Shown: positions 61,464 to 64,000 of the stretch, piece by piece
Numbering within the stretch: the stretch's first letter is position 1
Layout of the letters: each line of letters opens with the position of its first letter
Origin: an uncultured Eubacteriales bacterium
Lineage (GTDB): Bacteria > Bacillota > Clostridia > Oscillospirales > CAG-272
DNA: 64,000 bases
Assembly: GCA_934476315.1 (NCBI GenBank)
Contig: CAKSNQ010000005.1
Coordinates: 9,581 to 73,580, forward strand
Direction of reading: 5' to 3'
Translations under genes and position numbers: made by a program
The notes under the pieces: generated by a model
What the model saw: only the letters and a program-made list of their open reading frames with translations
Databases searched by the model: none
What the model was told of the DNA's origin: nothing

Positions 61464-63647
61464 TCAGTGAAATTCCAGCATCAGGACGGAGAGCGCCGGA
61501 ACGGTCAGCTTCGCTTTTCCGGTACCATCCGGTGACAAGGTTCCCGGACTGCTACCGTCGGACGCCACGATTTCGGCACACTTCCACGCGCCGAAATCAA
61601 TGGTGCACACAGAGTCCTGCGCCGTATAGTTGGCGGAGAACTGTGCGACAGCCCCGTCGGAAGCGCGCCATGCGCTGGTCATAACCGCCGGATACATAAC
61701 CGGATTTTCCGGACTTGCCCGACGCACCATTGCCACTTCCCTGTCGCACGCTGTGCGAAGCGGCGCGACCATTTCGCCGTAGCAAAGATATTTCTTTCCG
61801 GCGTGGCGTCGGAATGCGTTCGCGGAACGGATAAAGGAAATGACCTGCTCCCGCGGCGGCAGGTAGCTGAAATCACGCTGTCCCCAGCACCAGACGATCT
61901 CTCCGGCATCGTTGATAATCACGGTCAACAGATCGCCGGCAACAAAGGAATGTGCCAGGCGGAGCAGCAACATCTCAGGCGTTTTGTGAACGTCAGTGAT
62001 GCCGTCCGCTACCACGCCGTTCCCTGAGAAATTGAACAAATAGCGGTGATAAATATATCCGTACAGCGGAACGGGACGCCCGCCGTAATAGTTCAGATTG
62101 TAGCGGTTATCGCTCAACTGCAAGTACGGAATATACGCCTCCGCCGCGGCGGACTCGCAACCGAGCAGGAGGTTCTTTCCGACCGTGTCTTTCAATCGGC
62201 GCAGGGTGTCCCGCATTTCGTCCACCTGCCACTTTCCGGGGACGGGCGGATGACCGTGCTTATCACTGTAACAAAAATAGGGGGTTCCGCCGTGGTTCTG
62301 GTCGAAAATCTGAATGTAGTCCACTCCGCCGGACGCCATTTCCTCCGCCTCGTGGCAAAGAGTCCGCTTCGTAAATTCCTGCGAGATGCACATATCAAAG
62401 CCGGAACGTTGTGCGGAGCAGATGTTTGAATACGGCAACGAGCCGTCGGGGGCGGCGCACATGTACTGCGACAGATGATTCTTTTCGAACTCTTCCTGCT
62501 TGTTGTATTGGTTGATATTGCTTTGGATGGTATAGCCCGTACCACTGCAATACACCCCAAGCAGGTGATGGTTTTGGTGTAACTGTGCGGCAAATGCCCG
62601 GAATTCCTCCGCACCACCATACGGAGGCCACACATAAGGCGGTGCCCACGGTGCGGTTCCCTCCCAATGCATCAGAATCGTGAGCATGCGGGACGCGGTT
62701 TCCTTGCCCAGGGCGTTGATGTACGGCAGACCATTGGCATAAGGATACAGACGATTTGGGACATCTTCATCCATATCATGGATTCCGCGCAGCGGATAGG
62801 AGACGATCAAGGGGGAGTCCGTGTACCATTCCGGAAGATCGGCGTTTTCCTCGATCGGCTTCAGCCCCTCGGGGAGATGCGCTTCAAACCAATCGCGGTA
62901 GATCTGCGCGGCGGTCTCCCATGTGCCGCAGAAGAAGCGCATGACCATCGGGAACGACGCTTTATATTCCGTCTGCCCGGCAAAAATGCCCGGATAGAGA
63001 CGGTATTGCAGTTTGATGCCGTCACCGTCCTCATGATAGTCCACACCCTTCAGATTGCGCTCAGCGTCATGCGCGGCGAAATACAACCCGGCGCCGTCGT
63101 TTTCGAAATACGCAAGCATTTGCGTTTCCACCGCGGCGGGAAACAGTCCGGTCAATCCCATGCTCGGGTATTCCGGCTCGATGTAGCCGCAGATGGCGCT
63201 ATGGAAGCGAATATCCTCGCAAAGCACCCCCTCGTTCCAACCGGACAGAATGCGGCTTTTCCCTCCCGCTCCGATCAGATCGTTCGGAACGGCCAGCTGT
63301 GGGAAATCGATCCACTCCACGACCTTGCCGGTCTTGTTCTCAAATTGCACATACCAGCGAAGATCCTCAGCCAAAAGGACCGTCACCGTGACCACCAACG
63401 CGGTTTTGCCAAATCCGCGGTATGTCATGGTGAGATGTTCGCCGCTGTCCGTGTCTCTCTCCTCTGTGAATGACACGTCGGTCGCGTCGTCCGAGGTCAC
63501 GTAGCTGACGTCGCCGCCGTTTCTCAACCGAATACGGAAAAGCGGCAGGCGGTGCGAAACAAACTCCTTTCCCTGCGCGGTCAGGGAGAGAATGGCACCC
63601 TTTTCATCCAACGAAATCGCATAAAACTCCGTGTGCCTTTGGTACAT
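61464..63647 (-). CDS. Uncharacterised 727-aa cytoplasmic protein (possibly a glycan-active enzyme)
   Basis: It has a strong SD (AAGGAG) and no signal peptide. It is Trp/Tyr-rich with TIM-barrel-like segments (HWEGTAPWAPPYVWPPYGG, IQIFDQNHGG). I cannot name the family. Confidence 0.7.
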   Translation of the reverse strand: MYQRHTEFYAISLDEKGAILSLTAQGKEFVSHRLPLFRIRLRNGGDVSYVTSDDATDVSFTEERDTDSGEHLTMTYRGFGKTALVVTVTVLLAEDLRWYVQFENKTGKVVEWIDFPQLAVPNDLIGAGGKSRILSGWNEGVLCEDIRFHSAICGYIEPEYPSMGLTGLFPAAVETQMLAYFENDGAGLYFAAHDAERNLKGVDYHEDGDGIKLQYRLYPGIFAGQTEYKASFPMVMRFFCGTWETAAQIYRDWFEAHLPEGLKPIEENADLPEWYTDSPLIVSYPLRGIHDMDEDVPNRLYPYANGLPYINALGKETASRMLTILMHWEGTAPWAPPYVWPPYGGAEEFRAFAAQLHQNHHLLGVYCSGTGYTIQSNINQYNKQEEFEKNHLSQYMCAAPDGSLPYSNICSAQRSGFDMCISQEFTKRTLCHEAEEMASGGVDYIQIFDQNHGGTPYFCYSDKHGHPPVPGKWQVDEMRDTLRRLKDTVGKNLLLGCESAAAEAYIPYLQLSDNRYNLNYYGGRPVPLYGYIYHRYLFNFSGNGVVADGITDVHKTPEMLLLRLAHSFVAGDLLTVIINDAGEIVWCWGQRDFSYLPPREQVISFIRSANAFRRHAGKKYLCYGEMVAPLRTACDREVAMVRRASPENPVMYPAVMTSAWRASDGAVAQFSANYTAQDSVCTIDFGAWKCAEIVASDGSSPGTLSPDGTGKAKLTVPALSVLMLEFH

Positions 63648-63709
63648 ACGAGGCTCCTTTTCATTTCATCTCTGAAATTTGAAATTAAAATACTGAAAGG
63701 AAAATTTAC

Positions 63710-63928
63710 ATGGAAACAATCAAGATCGGACGTTATCGGCATTTCAAGGGCAACGAGTACGAGGTTCTGATGATCGCGCGGCACTCGGAAACGTTGGAAG
63801 ACATGGTGGTCTATCGTGCATTGTACGGCAACGGGGACATTTGGGTCCGCCCAGCCGCCATGTGGAATGAAACCGTCATGTCGGACGGGAAATCCGTACC
63901 GCGGTTTTCCTACATACCGGAAGCATAA
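63710..63928 (+). CDS. DUF1653-family small protein
   Basis: 72 aa. The pattern YRHFKGNEYEV...ARHSETLE..VVYRALYG.G..WVRP..MW is typical of DUF1653. Confidence 0.7.
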   Translation: METIKIGRYRHFKGNEYEVLMIARHSETLEDMVVYRALYGNGDIWVRPAAMWNETVMSDGKSVPRFSYIPEA

Positions 63929-64000
63929 CGGCGTTTCCGGATATGCCGACGCCGTCCGGGAATTCAAAATATCCAGACGGCGTGGTATGCAAATGATTTT

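Noticed and set aside
62667-63473. 268-aa plus-strand ORF opposite the 727-aa gene
   Set aside because: This is a shadow ORF. It is Arg/His/Gly-rich with no SD, and the opposite strand has a strong SD and coherent composition.

Overview
The window looks like a chromosomal segment of a GC-rich, endospore-forming Firmicute, probably Clostridia-like. This is inferred from sigG, spoIIID, ylbJ, yqfC/yqfD, CIRCE-groESL, a T-box thrS leader and a Re-citrate-synthase-type oxidative TCA branch. No rRNA, CRISPR array, transposase, integrase or reverse transcriptase was seen.

The window splits into two parts.

(1) About 2.1-14.4 kb looks accessory.
- A signal-less lysozyme-like (DUF1906-type) protein.
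- A signal-less 760-aa protein with five Big_2 repeats and an unrecognisable C-terminal domain.
- Three tandem BspA-type LRR lipoproteins on the opposite strand.
- An AT-rich hub with divergent consensus promoters.
- A mobile-element-style regulatory block: XRE, ImmA/IrrE, a zinc-ribbon protein and a small HTH protein.
- A phage-type XhlA + holin pair that is not followed by an endolysin. It is followed instead by a membrane-anchored metallophosphoesterase and an overlapping AAE (YidE-like) permease.
- The block ends at a solitary tRNA-Tyr.

(2) About 14.6-64 kb is mostly core.
- Metallophosphoesterase, GH36 alpha-galactosidase and SGNH hydrolase.
- Citrate synthase(Re)-aconitase-IDH operon and an M18 aminopeptidase.
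- sigG, groES-groEL and an AGCS symporter.
- A DUF3810-like metalloprotein and an RluA-family pseudouridine synthase.
- ylbJ, then yqfC-yqfD-phoH-ybeY-(hyp)-era-recO, then mutS2.
- A degenerate MgsA-like protein, T-box-thrS, a heterodimeric ABC exporter, an S1-domain protein and birA.
- A capsule regulatory module (capD-wzz-wze-wzh-hyp-LCP) with no glycosyltransferases.
- spoIIID, a TrmH-family methyltransferase, a YesL-like membrane protein, an esterase, a lipoprotein, a 727-aa uncharacterised protein and DUF1653.

The best candidate for an undescribed system is the endolysin-less XhlA-holin-TM-phosphoesterase-permease operon (11.4-14.3 kb) under the XRE/ImmA block. The signal-less DUF1906 and Big_2 proteins (2.1-5.2 kb) could be its cargo or partners.

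Other notable points:
- A 16-bp hairpin sequesters the sigG SD.
- Two 7-nt-period tandem repeat arrays sit just after stop codons.
- The tRNA-Tyr has an unusual T-loop.
- The MgsA paralog has lost catalytic residues.

All family assignments come from motif recognition by eye. No database search was run.
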